This document shows positions 8,914 through 18,596 of a DNA stretch of 37,187 bases, one piece after another (positions within the stretch are counted from its first letter, which is position 1; the number at the start of each line of letters is the position of its first letter). Source of the stretch: Solirubrobacterales bacterium (lineage in GTDB: Bacteria > Actinomycetota > Thermoleophilia > Solirubrobacterales > Solirubrobacteraceae); assembly GCA_003244035.1 (NCBI GenBank), contig QHBV01000187.1, forward strand, positions 1-37,187, in the 5' to 3' direction. The position numbers and the translations under genes were made by a program. The notes beneath the pieces were generated by a model. It was not told the DNA's origin. It searched no databases and was given only the letters and a program-made list of their open reading frames with translations.

Positions 8914-9141
8914 TCAGTCATCTTCGGCTCGAGGCGGGATCGTCGCCTTCAACCGCCGGCGAGCGGCTTCGATCCGGCGCTCGGCATCGCTGTCCCCCTC
9001 GGCCTCGCCGCGGCCGTCGGGATCGCCGCCGCCGGGCCGATCCTCGCCACCACGTTCGTCGTCCTGCGCCGGCTCAGTGGCAGGTGCTCGCCTCGACGGG
9101 GAGCGCAGCGCCCACCACAGCCGGCGCAACGGCGAGATCAC
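8914..9141 (-). CDS. Small hypothetical protein (75 aa), last gene of the sdh operon
   Basis: GTG start overlaps the stop of the CCG subunit (GTGA). Amphipathic N-terminus LRRLWWALR, acidic linker and helical C-terminus [17 protein letters not shown]. Confidence 0.55.
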   Translation of the reverse strand: MISPLRRLWWALRSPSRRAPATEPAQDDERGGEDRPGGGDPDGRGEAEGDSDAERRIEAARRRLKATIPPRAEDD

Positions 9142-10043
9142 GCCGCCGCTGCGCCCGCCACGACCGACGCCGACCAGTCGATCACGGAGGTCGGGCGCAC
9201 CACGTGCTTGCCCATTCCAAGCTCCCGAGGCGAGAGCCCCAGCGCGAGCCCGACGAGCTGGGGCAGGTGGAGCACCGGCATCCCCAGATCGCGCCCGACG
9301 ACCTTCGTCGCGGCCGGCTGCTGGAGGTCGAGGTTGAGGTGGCACAGCGGGCACGGGACGACGAGGCAATCGGCCTCGGCGTCGATCGCATCGCCGAGGT
9401 GGCGCCCGGCCTGGGTGAGCGATGCCTGCTTGTTCATCGTCACGATCGGAAAGCCGCAGCACTTGTAGACGCCGGCGTAGTCGATCACGGTGCCCCCGAG
9501 CGCTTCGATCACCATCTGCAGGTACCGGTCGCGTGGACGGTCGGAGTCGATCCCGAGACGAACGGCCGGGCGCACGATGTAGCAGCCGTAGAACGGTCCT
9601 ACACGCAGGTCGGTGAGGGGCCGAGTGACGCGAGCCTCGAGCGCGTCGAGCCCGATCTCCTCGACCAGCAGCCACAGGAAGTTCTTGTTTGTGAGGCCGC
9701 GCTCGTAGCGCAGCCCCTCCTCTGACAAGCTTGCGTTGACCTGCTCGCGGTAATCGGTGTTGGCGTCCAGGCGCTGCTGGCACTCGGACTGGGCGCCCTG
9801 GCAGGTCGAGCAGATGTTCATCATCAGCTCGCCGTCGGTCTGCTGTGCGAGCGCGAACGTGCGCGCATTCAGCGTGTCGGCGAGCTCCTGGTTGTGCTCG
9901 GCGATCACCCCCGCCCCGCAACACGCGGCCCGGTCGAGCTCGATCAGCTCGAGATCGAGCAGCGGTGCCACCTTTGCCATCGATCCGTGCAGCTCGGGCG
10001 TGAAGCCGCGGCTCACGCACCCCGGCCAGTAGGCGACCTTCAC
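9138..10043 (-). CDS. CCG-domain (HdrB-like / type-E SdhE-like) subunit of succinate dehydrogenase
   Basis: YWPGC...ACCGAG...CSTC and FYGC...KCCGF...[10 protein letters not shown], i.e. two CCG domains. GTGA overlap with sdhB. Confidence 0.9.
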   Translation of the reverse strand: MKVAYWPGCVSRGFTPELHGSMAKVAPLLDLELIELDRAACCGAGVIAEHNQELADTLNARTFALAQQTDGELMMNICSTCQGAQSECQQRLDANTDYREQVNASLSEEGLRYERGLTNKNFLWLLVEEIGLDALEARVTRPLTDLRVGPFYGCYIVRPAVRLGIDSDRPRDRYLQMVIEALGGTVIDYAGVYKCCGFPIVTMNKQASLTQAGRHLGDAIDAEADCLVVPCPLCHLNLDLQQPAATKVVGRDLGMPVLHLPQLVGLALGLSPRELGMGKHVVRPTSVIDWSASVVAGAAAA

Positions 10044-11152
10044 GGCGCCTCGCCTTCGCTCCGAGTCGCGGGCTCGTCCTCGTACCCGCTCACGTACAGG
10101 TTCAGCTCGATCCGCTCCGAGCGACCCTCGATCTCGTCGAAGATCCGCTTGAGCTCCTTCGGCGCCTTGTGCTGGTGGCGGAGCGCCTTTCCCGGGGTGA
10201 TCTTGCCCCGCGCCAGCCCCACGGCGACCGTCGGCAGCGAGCTGAGCAGCTCGGGTACTGCGCGAGGATGGAGCTTTCCGCCATAGGAGTCGGGCACGAG
10301 GTCGGCTTCGTGCAGCAGCCCGTTGCGGCGGATGTTCTTGACGAACGCGTGCTCGTGCCGGGAGCCGTTGTTACGGTCTTCGATCTCCTGATCGGAGCCG
10401 GCGATCCGCCGCAGGCGCATGATCTGGCCCATCGGGTCCACCCCCTTGGGGCAGGCGTCGATGCAGCTGAAGCAGTGGGTGCAGTCGTAGATGCCGTGCT
10501 CGTCCTCACTGAGATCCAGCAGCCGCTCGTGCTGCTCGGCGTCGCGGGGATCGCCGACGAACCGGTAGGCCTTGGCGAGCGCCGCCGGCCCGATGAACAG
10601 CGGGTCGACCTCCATCGACAGGCAGTCCGAGACGCACGCGCCGCACTGGATGCAGGCCATCGTCTGGGTGACGTCGACCATGTTCTCGTGCGGGACCACG
10701 TACTCCCGCTCGGGCACAGGCTGCTTGCCGATCAGCCACGGCGTCACCCGCTGGATCTTCTTCCAGTGGACCGCGTCCATGTCGACGATCAGGTCGCGGA
10801 TCACCGGCATGTTGCCCATCGGCTCGACCGCGATCACCGGCCGGCCGGCCTCGCCGGCGTCGGCGCCCGAATCCCCGGCCGAGGCCGGCCCATACACCCT
10901 TCGCGCGGCCGCCTCGAGGTGCGTGTTGCAGGCGAGCCCCGGCTTGCCGTTGATTCGCACGCCGCACGAGCCGCAGATCCCCTGCTGGCAGGAGCAGCGG
11001 ATCCCGATCGACCCGTCGTGCTCGTCGCGGAGCTCGAGAATCGCGTCGAGCACCGAGTTGTGGGCGCGCATCTCGATCGCGTGCTCGTCCCAGTAGGCGG
11101 CCTCGCCCGACTGCGGGTCGAAGCGGCGGATCTTGAGCGTGTACCCAGGCAT
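10040..11152 (-). CDS. sdhB: Succinate dehydrogenase/fumarate reductase iron-sulfur subunit
   Basis: [2Fe-2S] [10 protein letters not shown]...[26 protein letters not shown], and a C-terminal extension. Confidence 0.93.
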   Translation of the reverse strand: MPGYTLKIRRFDPQSGEAAYWDEHAIEMRAHNSVLDAILELRDEHDGSIGIRCSCQQGICGSCGVRINGKPGLACNTHLEAAARRVYGPASAGDSGADAGEAGRPVIAVEPMGNMPVIRDLIVDMDAVHWKKIQRVTPWLIGKQPVPEREYVVPHENMVDVTQTMACIQCGACVSDCLSMEVDPLFIGPAALAKAYRFVGDPRDAEQHERLLDLSEDEHGIYDCTHCFSCIDACPKGVDPMGQIMRLRRIAGSDQEIEDRNNGSRHEHAFVKNIRRNGLLHEADLVPDSYGGKLHPRAVPELLSSLPTVAVGLARGKITPGKALRHQHKAPKELKRIFDEIEGRSERIELNLYVSGYEDEPATRSEGEAP

Positions 11153-11164
11153 CAGAGGACCACC

Positions 11165-12856
11165 CTAGTACGTCCTCTCCTCAGGCTGCCAGCGCGTGAT
11201 CGTGACCGGCGAGTAGCTCACCTCGGGCACGCCGGCGCCAGCACAGATGTCGATGTGCTTGAGCCACTGTTCGTCGTCGCGCTGGGGGAAGTCGGTGCGG
11301 AACTGGGCGCCGCGCGATTCCTTGCGCTCCTGGGCCGCGACCACGATCGTCTCGGCCACGTCGAGCATGTAGGAAAGCTCGATCGCCGCGATCACGTCCT
11401 GGTTGAAGATCCGGCCGCGATCGTCGATCGCCGCCGTGCCCGCCTGCTCCTTCAGCCGCAGGACGATCTCGTGCGCCTTCGCGAGGCCGTCAGCGTCGCG
11501 GAAGACCGCGACGTGCTCATTCATCGCCTCGCCGAGCTCCTGCTTGATCGCCGCGACCCGCGGCTGGGCGGGCCTGGGTTCCCGCGCGAGGATCGCCGCG
11601 ATCTCCGCCTCGGCGCCGGCCAGTCGCGCGGCAGCCGTCGAGGGCATCGGCATGTGCAGCGCGCGATTGGCGGCGTGCTCGCCAGCACGCCGCCCGAACA
11701 CCAGCGTGTCGAGCAGCGAGTTGGCGCCGAGCCGATTGCCGCCATGGACAGAGACGCATGCGCATTCTCCCGCGGCGTACAGGCTCGCGACGTTGGTCTC
11801 TCCCCACACGTTCGTCTTGACCCCTCCCATGATGTAGTGCATCCCGGGGAGGATGTGGATCGGCTCGCGGGTGATGTCGACGCCGGCGAAGTCGCGCCCG
11901 ACGTTGACGATCTCCCGCAGCGCCTCGAGCGTGCGATGGCGGGGAACCTTGGTTATGTCAAGAGCCACGGTTCCGTCCGGGAATCCGCGGCCCTCGTTGA
12001 TCTCGGTCTGCTCCGCGCGCGAGACGACGTCCCGCGAGGCGAGGTCGAGCTTGCTCGGTGCATAGCGCTCCATGAACCGCTCGCCCTTGGCGTTGAGCAG
12101 CCACGCGCCCTCGCCGCGGGCCCCTTCGGTGATCAGCAGGCCGTTGCCGGCGAGCGTCGTCGGGTGGTACTGCACCATCTCCATGTCCATCAGCTTGGCG
12201 CCGATCCGGTACGCCTGCGCGATCCCGTCGCCGGTCACGATCAGCCCATTGGTCGTCGGCTTGTACGCCTGGCCGGCACCTCCGGAAGCGAGGATCACGG
12301 TCTTGGCGTTCACCAGCTCGAGGCGCCCGTCTCGGAGGTTGCGGCAGATCGCGCCGACGCAGCGCCCGTCGTCGCCCTGGAGCAGGTCGGTCGTGAACCA
12401 CTCCTCGTAGCGGTGCAACTGCTCGTGGTGCTTCATCATCTGCTCGTAGAGCACGTGCAGGATCGCCTGCCCGGTGATGTCGGCGACGTAGTAGGTGCGC
12501 GCGGCCGAGGCGCCGCCGAATGCCCGCGTGCCGAGATGGCCCGTCTCGTTGCGGTGGAAGGTCACCCCCGCGTGCTCGAGCCACAGGATCTCGTCGGGCG
12601 CCTCGCGGCACATGATCTCGATTGCGTCCTGGTCGCCCAGGTAGTCCGAGCCCTTGACGGTGTCGAACGCGTGCGACTCCCACGTGTCCTCGGGGTTGAG
12701 CGCGGCGTTGATCCCGCCGGCGGCGGCGACCGAGTGCGAGCGCACCGGGTGCACCTTCGAGACGATCCCGACCGTCGCGCCCGCGCCGGCGGCCGCCAGC
12801 GCGGCCCGTTGGCCGGCGAGTCCAGCGCCGATGATCAGGACATCATGCGAGGGCAA
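11165..12856 (-). CDS. sdhA: Succinate dehydrogenase/fumarate reductase flavoprotein subunit
   Basis: GAGLAG, covalent-FAD motif RSHSVAAAGG, QYHPT, TEGARGEG, HYIMGG, HGGNRLGANSLL, RKESRGAQFR. TTG start 9 nt after TAGAAT. Confidence 0.95.
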   Translation of the reverse strand: MPSHDVLIIGAGLAGQRAALAAAGAGATVGIVSKVHPVRSHSVAAAGGINAALNPEDTWESHAFDTVKGSDYLGDQDAIEIMCREAPDEILWLEHAGVTFHRNETGHLGTRAFGGASAARTYYVADITGQAILHVLYEQMMKHHEQLHRYEEWFTTDLLQGDDGRCVGAICRNLRDGRLELVNAKTVILASGGAGQAYKPTTNGLIVTGDGIAQAYRIGAKLMDMEMVQYHPTTLAGNGLLITEGARGEGAWLLNAKGERFMERYAPSKLDLASRDVVSRAEQTEINEGRGFPDGTVALDITKVPRHRTLEALREIVNVGRDFAGVDITREPIHILPGMHYIMGGVKTNVWGETNVASLYAAGECACVSVHGGNRLGANSLLDTLVFGRRAGEHAANRALHMPMPSTAAARLAGAEAEIAAILAREPRPAQPRVAAIKQELGEAMNEHVAVFRDADGLAKAHEIVLRLKEQAGTAAIDDRGRIFNQDVIAAIELSYMLDVAETIVVAAQERKESRGAQFRTDFPQRDDEQWLKHIDICAGAGVPEVSYSPVTITRWQPEERTY

Positions 12857-12865
12857 GGGAAGGCG

Positions 12866-12871
12866 ATTCTA
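12866..12871 (-). promoter_or_regulatory. -10 hexamer TAGAAT of the sdh operon
   Basis: Near-consensus -10, 9 nt upstream of the TTG start, with no SD. Confidence 0.65.
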
Positions 12872-12958
12872 TTTAAGGCGGCCTGACGGCCGCTTTTTGG
12901 GTCCTGGGTGACCGCGCTCGTCGCCTTGGTGCTGGCAACGCGCGGCATGTACCGGGAT

Positions 12959-13060
12959 AACGTCCCAGTCGACCACACGGCCAACCCCAGCGGGGCGTTC
13001 ACCCCCTGGGGGGTGGGCAACGTCCCACTCGCCTGCCGATGCGGGTCGAGTGGGACGTTG
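12959..13060. repeat. REP-like palindromic element
   Basis: AACGTCCCA[G/C]TCG at 12959-12971 and 13019-13031, with an inverted copy at 13047-13059. Perfect 14-bp stem 13018-13031/13047-13060. A second hairpin lies at about 12985-13011. Confidence 0.7.
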
Positions 13061-13129
13061 TCGGGGCCGGGCACGCGCGGTGGCCGCCGGATCGTTGTCG
13101 GGGCCGGGCACGCGCGGTGGCCGCCGGAT
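13056..13129. repeat. Perfect 37-bp tandem duplication
   Basis: CGTTGTCGGGGCCGGGCACGCGCGGTGGCCGCCGGAT at 13056-13092 and 13093-13129. Confidence 0.95.
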
Positions 13130-13167
13130 CCCCCGCACAGCACGGAGGTCGAACGCTTTCTCACGCC

Positions 13168-13638
13168 TCAGCGGTCGAGCACGGCGTACGCGGCTGCCAC
13201 GGCCAATCCGTAGACGAGGTGGTAGGAGAGGTCGAGCGCTGCCTCCGGCGGCGGCGTCTCCCAGATCGGCGGCGCGATTCTCAGCGCGGGCAGCTCGACC
13301 AGGCTGGCGCCCCACACGAGTGCGCCGAACAGCACGCCGTGGTGGAGGGCGGGGAGGCGGAGGCTCGATTGCGCGATCCCGTAGATCGGCCCCCAGCTCG
13401 TCCCGTAGGCGACGTGCATGGCGTTGTTGAGCGAGTTCATGCGGTCGTCTGGTACTTCACGCCCCAGCACTCCCTCGATGATCCGCTTACCTACTTCCGC
13501 CGGCGCGCTGCTCGACCCGCTTCCGCGCAGCTTTGCGATCGCGAGCTGGTAGCCCGTCATCACCGCCGTACCCGCCGCGCCCGCGAGGATTCCCTTGCCG
13601 ACCGCCTCGAGCGGCGTGCTGTCCGACCCGTGGCTCAT
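13168..13638 (-). CDS. Hypothetical integral membrane protein
   Basis: Three to four hydrophobic segments; GAAGTAVMT, HVAYGTSWG, HLVYG. ATGA-coupled to msrB. Confidence 0.8.
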   Translation of the reverse strand: MSHGSDSTPLEAVGKGILAGAAGTAVMTGYQLAIAKLRGSGSSSAPAEVGKRIIEGVLGREVPDDRMNSLNNAMHVAYGTSWGPIYGIAQSSLRLPALHHGVLFGALVWGASLVELPALRIAPPIWETPPPEAALDLSYHLVYGLAVAAAYAVLDR

Positions 13639-14033
13639 CTTGCCTCACCGTCGAGCTTGAGCGCCACCGAGTTGATGCAGTAGCGCTCGCAGCCTCCGGG
13701 GCCGTCGTCGAAGACGTGGCCGAGGTGGCCGCCACAGGTCGCGCACGTGACCTCGGTGCGGCGCATGAACAGGCCGCGGTCCTCGTGCAGCTCGATGTTC
13801 TCTCGGACGGCGGGGTCGGTGAAGCTCGGCCAACCGGTGCCCGAGTCGAACTTGGTCTCGGACGAGAACAGCTCGGTGCCACACGCCGCGCAGCGGTAGA
13901 CGCCATCCTCCTTCGTGTGTACGTAGCCGCCCGTGAACGGCCGCTCGGTGCCCTTCTGCCTCAGCACCTCGTACTCGGCAGGGGTCAGCTCTTGGCGCCA
14001 CTGTTCGTCGGACTTCTCGATTCGTGTATCCAT
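13635..14033 (-). CDS. msrB: Peptide-methionine (R)-S-oxide reductase
   Basis: LRQKGTERPFTG, two CxxC zinc pairs, GWPSF, HLGHVF, RYCINS. SD GAGGAG before ATG 14033. Confidence 0.96.
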   Translation of the reverse strand: MDTRIEKSDEQWRQELTPAEYEVLRQKGTERPFTGGYVHTKEDGVYRCAACGTELFSSETKFDSGTGWPSFTDPAVRENIELHEDRGLFMRRTEVTCATCGGHLGHVFDDGPGGCERYCINSVALKLDGEAR

Positions 14034-14077
14034 GTCGCTCCTCTGGGGGTTCACATCGGGTCGGACCCAGTTTCACA

Positions 14078-14716
14078 CTAGCGGTACAGCCTGTCGGCAT
14101 AGCCCGGGCCGTAGTAGTGCTCGAGCTCCTCCAGCGGCCGGTCGGGCTGCTCGAGCGTCCTCGCGATGCGGGCACGGGAGGCGATCGCGTCCGGTGCCCA
14201 CGAGCTTGGGTCCCACAGCGATGAGCGCAAAAAGGCCTTGGAGCAGTGGTGGAATACCTCCTGCACGTGGACGAGCAGCGCCAGCCGCGGGCGGTGCTCG
14301 TTTACCACCATCTCGTCGAAGAACGGAGCGTCGCGCAAGAGCTCGGCGGTGCCGTTGATCCTCAGCGTGTCGCCGCGGCCCGGGATCAGGAAGATCAGCC
14401 CGACGTGAGGGTTCTCGAGCAGATTGCAAAACCCGTCGGCGCGGCGGTTGCCCGGGCGTTCTGGGATCGCGATCGTCCGCTCGTCGAGGACGTGGGTGAA
14501 GCCCGGTGGGTCTCCCCTGGGGCTGACGTCGCAGCTTCCGTCTGCCGCCGCGGTCGCCACCAGGCACAGGGGCGATGCCGCCAGCCACTGCCGATCGAGC
14601 TCGTGCAGCGTCGGCCGGGCCTTGTCCGCCACGCGCTGGATCGGTGAGCCCACCAGCTCGCGCAGCTGTTGAGCGTCGGACACAACTGACCAGGACTCGT
14701 TCTGCGGTGTATTCAT
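14078..14716 (-). CDS. FMN-binding pyridoxamine 5'-phosphate oxidase-like protein (MSMEG_1061 type)
   Basis: DVSPRGDPPGF, IPERPGNRRAD, LIPGRGDTLRING, HCSKAFLRSSLW. Confidence 0.88.
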   Translation of the reverse strand: MNTPQNESWSVVSDAQQLRELVGSPIQRVADKARPTLHELDRQWLAASPLCLVATAAADGSCDVSPRGDPPGFTHVLDERTIAIPERPGNRRADGFCNLLENPHVGLIFLIPGRGDTLRINGTAELLRDAPFFDEMVVNEHRPRLALLVHVQEVFHHCSKAFLRSSLWDPSSWAPDAIASRARIARTLEQPDRPLEELEHYYGPGYADRLYR

Positions 14717-14737
14717 CACACTCGCGCCCGGGTGCCG

Positions 14738-15913
14738 CTATCCCGCCGGCGAGCCCAGCGCCGACTGCAGGGCCCGGCGGATCTGCTCGACGGTGACGAT
14801 GCCGCGCAGCACGCCCTCGGCGTCGACAGCCATCAAGGCTCCGAGCCCTCCAAGCGCCTCGGAGGAGAGCACATCGGTCAGCGGCCGGTTCTCGGCCACG
14901 CGCCAGCTGCCGCCCTCCTCGGACTCGAGCACCGCTCCCACCGTCAGCCACCCCTCCCCGGCGTCGTTCGCGGTCTGCAGCCGCTGCTTGCGGGCGATCC
15001 CCTCGAAGTGCCCCCGGTCGTCGACCACCGGGAACCACGACCAGCCGTAGCGCAGGAAGTACTCCTCGAGCGCTTGGCTCACCGGTGTCTGCGACGCGAC
15101 CGCGACCGGTTGACGATCCATCACGTCCGAGACCAGCAGCCCATCGATCCGGTCGGTCAGAGCGCCATGGATCAGCGCCCCCCGCGCCGACTGACCCAGC
15201 ACGAACGCGATCATCAGGAGCCACACGCCACCCACAATGCCACCGGTGAGCAGCAGCCAGATCCCGATCCCCGCGAGCACCGCGGCGAATCCCTGCCCGA
15301 GGATCGCGGCCGCGCGGGTCCCGCGGCGCTTATCGTTGGTCGCGCGCCACACCGCGGCACGGGCGATCCGTCCCCCATCGAGCGGGAACGCGGGAATCAG
15401 GTTGAAGATCAGGACGACGACGTTCATCAGCAGCAGCCAGCTCAGCGTGAGCAGGGCGGGTGTGACCTTGACCGTCCCATCGAGCAAGAAGGCGTGCCAC
15501 AGCCGGTGTGGCCCTACGATCGCGAGGTCGATCGCGAGGCACAGCAGCACCACCCCCAGCGTCGCCAGCGGTCCCGCGATCGCGATCTTGAGCTCCTCGC
15601 CGGGTGTGCGCGAGTCGCGGCTCATCTGGGTCAGGCCGCCGAACAGGAACAGCTGGATGCGGCCCACCGCGATTCCCTGTCGCCGCGCCGCAAGCGCGTG
15701 GCCGAGCTCGTGCACGATCACCGAGCAGAAGAACAGCAGCGCACTGATCACAGTCGTCAGGTACGCGATCGCGTCAGTGCTGTGTAGCGAGGAGCGGAAC
15801 GATGGTGACAGCCAGATGATGACCAGGAACAGCATCACGAACCAGCCGGCGTCGACGCTGATGCGGATCCCGAACAGATCGATCAGCTTGATCGATGAGG
15901 CACGCCGCAACAT
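14738..15913 (-). CDS. Site-2 protease (M50) with C-terminal CBS pair
   Basis: HELGH, LFLFGG, IAIAGP, FNLIPAFPLDGGR and a CBS region (VSDVMD...FPVVD). The real start is the ATG at 15913; the upstream part of the called ORF is antisense to the M32 gene. Confidence 0.92.
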   Translation of the reverse strand: MLRRASSIKLIDLFGIRISVDAGWFVMLFLVIIWLSPSFRSSLHSTDAIAYLTTVISALLFFCSVIVHELGHALAARRQGIAVGRIQLFLFGGLTQMSRDSRTPGEELKIAIAGPLATLGVVLLCLAIDLAIVGPHRLWHAFLLDGTVKVTPALLTLSWLLLMNVVVLIFNLIPAFPLDGGRIARAAVWRATNDKRRGTRAAAILGQGFAAVLAGIGIWLLLTGGIVGGVWLLMIAFVLGQSARGALIHGALTDRIDGLLVSDVMDRQPVAVASQTPVSQALEEYFLRYGWSWFPVVDDRGHFEGIARKQRLQTANDAGEGWLTVGAVLESEEGGSWRVAENRPLTDVLSSEALGGLGALMAVDAEGVLRGIVTVEQIRRALQSALGSPAG

Positions 15914-15979
15914 GCTGCAATGGTGGCACAGCGCTGAGGGGTCCGCCGGACCCACGATCCACGCGATAGGAGCACGAGA

Positions 15980-17497
15980 ATGAGCGATCCACTGGAGCAA
16001 CTGCGCCGGCGTCTGGCGGCGCTGAGCGACCTGCGCTGCGCCGCCGAGCTGCTCGGATGGGACCAGCAGACGATGATGCCTCCGCGCGGCGGACCCGCGC
16101 GCGCCGAATCGCTCGCCACGCTCGAACGCATCGCTCACGACATGTTCGTCTCCGCCGAGACGGGCCACCTGCTCGAGGCGGCCGCCGCCGAGCTCGACGG
16201 CGCCGCGCCCGACTCGGACGACGCCTGTCTGGTGCGGGTGACCAGGCGCAGGTGGGAGAAGGCGCGACGGGTTCCCAGCGAGCTCGCCGCCGAGCTGGCG
16301 CGGTCGGCATCGGTCGGTCAGGAGGCATGGGTGGAGGCTCGCAGGCGCTCTGACTTCGACGCCTTCGCCCCCTACCTGGAGCACAATCTCGAGCTCGCTC
16401 GGCGCTACGTGGACTGCTTCGATCGCTTCGACTGCGCCTATGACGCGCTGCTCGACGACTACGAGCCCGGGATCAAGACAACCACGGTCAGCGCGCTGTT
16501 CGCCGAGCTTGGGTCCGAACTGGCGGCGCTGATCACGACGCTCGCGCAGCGCTCGATCGACGACTCCTGCCTGCACGGGAGCTTCCCGATCGAGCGCCAG
16601 CGCGAGCTCGTCGAAGGGGTGCTGGCGCGTATGGGCTTCGATCGCGCCGGCTGGCGGATGGATGACGCGGTTCACCCGTTCGCCGCCGCGCTGGGCTCGC
16701 AGGACGTGCGGATCACGACCCGCTGGGATCAGAGCTACTTTGCCTCGGCGTTGTACGGGGCGATGCACGAGTGCGGCCACGGGCTGTACGAGGCGGGAAT
16801 CGCCGACTCGCTGCAGCGCACCCCGCTCGGTCACGGGGAGTCGCTCGGCCTGCACGAGTCCCAGAGCCGTCTGTGGGAGAACATGGTCGGTCGCGGTCGC
16901 CCCTTCTGCGATGTGCTGGCGCCGAGCATCGCGCAGACGCTTGGTTCTTCGGTGGCTCCCGAGACCCTGTACCGCGCGGTCAACCGCGTCGAGCCCTCGT
17001 TCATCCGCGTCGAGGCCGACGAGGCGACCTATGGCCTACACGTCGTACTGCGCTTCGAGCTCGAGCAGGAGCTGATCGAGGGTCGGCTGGCCGTCTCAGA
17101 CCTGCCCGAGGCGTGGAACGAGCGCGTGCAGCGGTACCTCGGGCTGGAAGTGCGCGACGACGCCGACGGCGTACTCCAGGACGTGCACTGGGCGTCGGGC
17201 GCGATCGGTTACTTCCCCACCTACGCGCTCGGCAACCTGATCGCCGGCCAGCTGTGGGAGCGTGCGCTCGCCGACATGCCCGATCTCGACGCCCAGATCG
17301 CGGCCGGCGAGCTCTCCCCGCTGCGCGATTGGCTGCGCGAGCACGTCCACCGCCATGGCGCCAAGCTCGAAACGGGCGAGCTGCTGCAGCGCGTCGTCGG
17401 GGGCCCGATCGCAGTCGCGCCGTTCATCTCCTACCTCAAGCGCAAGCTTGGCGATGTCTACGGGCTCGAGCTGACGGCGCAGCCCCGCCCCCTCTAG
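15980..17497 (+). CDS. Carboxypeptidase M32 (Taq-type)
   Basis: LLGWDQQTMMP, HPF, DVRITTR, HECGH, HESQS, IRVEADE, DGVLQDVHW, GYFPTYALG. Confidence 0.95.
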   Translation: MSDPLEQLRRRLAALSDLRCAAELLGWDQQTMMPPRGGPARAESLATLERIAHDMFVSAETGHLLEAAAAELDGAAPDSDDACLVRVTRRRWEKARRVPSELAAELARSASVGQEAWVEARRRSDFDAFAPYLEHNLELARRYVDCFDRFDCAYDALLDDYEPGIKTTTVSALFAELGSELAALITTLAQRSIDDSCLHGSFPIERQRELVEGVLARMGFDRAGWRMDDAVHPFAAALGSQDVRITTRWDQSYFASALYGAMHECGHGLYEAGIADSLQRTPLGHGESLGLHESQSRLWENMVGRGRPFCDVLAPSIAQTLGSSVAPETLYRAVNRVEPSFIRVEADEATYGLHVVLRFELEQELIEGRLAVSDLPEAWNERVQRYLGLEVRDDADGVLQDVHWASGAIGYFPTYALGNLIAGQLWERALADMPDLDAQIAAGELSPLRDWLREHVHRHGAKLETGELLQRVVGGPIAVAPFISYLKRKLGDVYGLELTAQPRPL

Positions 17498-17510
17498 CAT
17501 CGCCTCCCCG

Positions 17511-18596
17511 GTGAGCGTTCACGAAATCACGTTGATCCCCGGCGACGGCACCGGTCCCGAGCTGATCGAGGCGACGCGGCGCGTGCTCGAGCAGACCGGC
17601 GTCGGACTGCGCTGGGACGAGCAGCCGGCGGGTGCGGACGTGTACGCGGAGGAAGGCACGCCGTTCCCAGATCGCACGCTCGAGTCGATCCGGCGCACGA
17701 AGGTCGGGATCAAGGGGCCGACCACGACGCCAGTCGGGTCGGGCTTTCGGAGCGTCAACGTACTGTTGCGCCAAGCGCTCGATCTGTACGCGTGCATCAG
17801 GCCGTGCAAGGCCTATGAGGGAGTGCGCACGCGCTATCCCGAGACCGACATCGTGATCGTTCGCGAGAACACCGAGGACCTCTACGCCGGGATCGAGTTC
17901 GAACAGGGAACGGCTGAGAACCGCAGGCTTCGCGACTTCCTCGCGGACGTCGGGCAGCCGGTGCGCGAGGACGCCGGGATTTCGATCAAGCCGATCTCGC
18001 GCTTCGGCTCGGAGCGGATCGTGCAAGCCGCCTTCCAGTACGCCAAGGACAACGACCGGGGCAAGGTCACAGCGGTGCACAAGGCGAACATCATGAAGTT
18101 CACCGACGGGTTGTTCCTCGAGGTATCGCGTGAGGTCGCACGGCGTCACCCGGAGGTCGAGTTCGAGGATCGAATCGTCGACAACCTCTGCAACCAGCTC
18201 GTCTCGCGCCCGGAGGAATACGACGTGATCGTGCTGCCCAACCTGTATGGGGACATCGTCTCCGATCTCGGCGCCGGGATGATCGGCGGCCTGGGCCTTG
18301 CCCCCGGCGGCAACATCGGAACGCGGGCGGCGATGTTCGAGGCCACGCATGGCTCGGCCCCGAAGTACAAGGGCCAGAACAGAGTGAACCCGACCGCGCT
18401 GATGCTCTCGGGCGTGCTGATGCTCCGACATCTCGGCGAGCGCGATCCGGCCGACGCGCTCGAGCGCGCGATCGCAGCGGTGATCCGGAAGGGCGAGCAC
18501 GTGACATATGACCTCAAGCCAACCCGCGAGGACCCGACCGCGGTGGGAACTTCGCAGTTCGCCGACGCGGTGATCGAGGAGATGATGAGCCAGTGA
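17511..18596 (+). CDS. icd: Isocitrate dehydrogenase, probably NADP-dependent (isocitrate/isopropylmalate DH family)
   Basis: [63 protein letters not shown] (KY pair typical of NADP use), VTYDL. Adjacent to mdh. Confidence 0.9.
   Translation: MSVHEITLIPGDGTGPELIEATRRVLEQTGVGLRWDEQPAGADVYAEEGTPFPDRTLESIRRTKVGIKGPTTTPVGSGFRSVNVLLRQALDLYACIRPCKAYEGVRTRYPETDIVIVRENTEDLYAGIEFEQGTAENRRLRDFLADVGQPVREDAGISIKPISRFGSERIVQAAFQYAKDNDRGKVTAVHKANIMKFTDGLFLEVSREVARRHPEVEFEDRIVDNLCNQLVSRPEEYDVIVLPNLYGDIVSDLGAGMIGGLGLAPGGNIGTRAAMFEATHGSAPKYKGQNRVNPTALMLSGVLMLRHLGERDPADALERAIAAVIRKGEHVTYDLKPTREDPTAVGTSQFADAVIEEMMSQ

Noticed and set aside
9138-10043. Methanogen-type heterodisulfide reductase
   Set aside because: No hdrA/hdrC. 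The gene is translationally coupled to sdhB, consistent with a CCG subunit of SDH.
10169-12886. 905-aa plus-strand ORF and other long antisense ORFs (e.g. 28221-29891, 32566-34056, 35698-37143)
   Set aside because: Shadow or alternate-frame ORFs over well-supported genes, expected in high-GC DNA. They have no recognisable motifs.
13056-13129. CRISPR array (37-bp repeat)
   Set aside because: Only two directly adjacent copies, no spacer and no cas genes.
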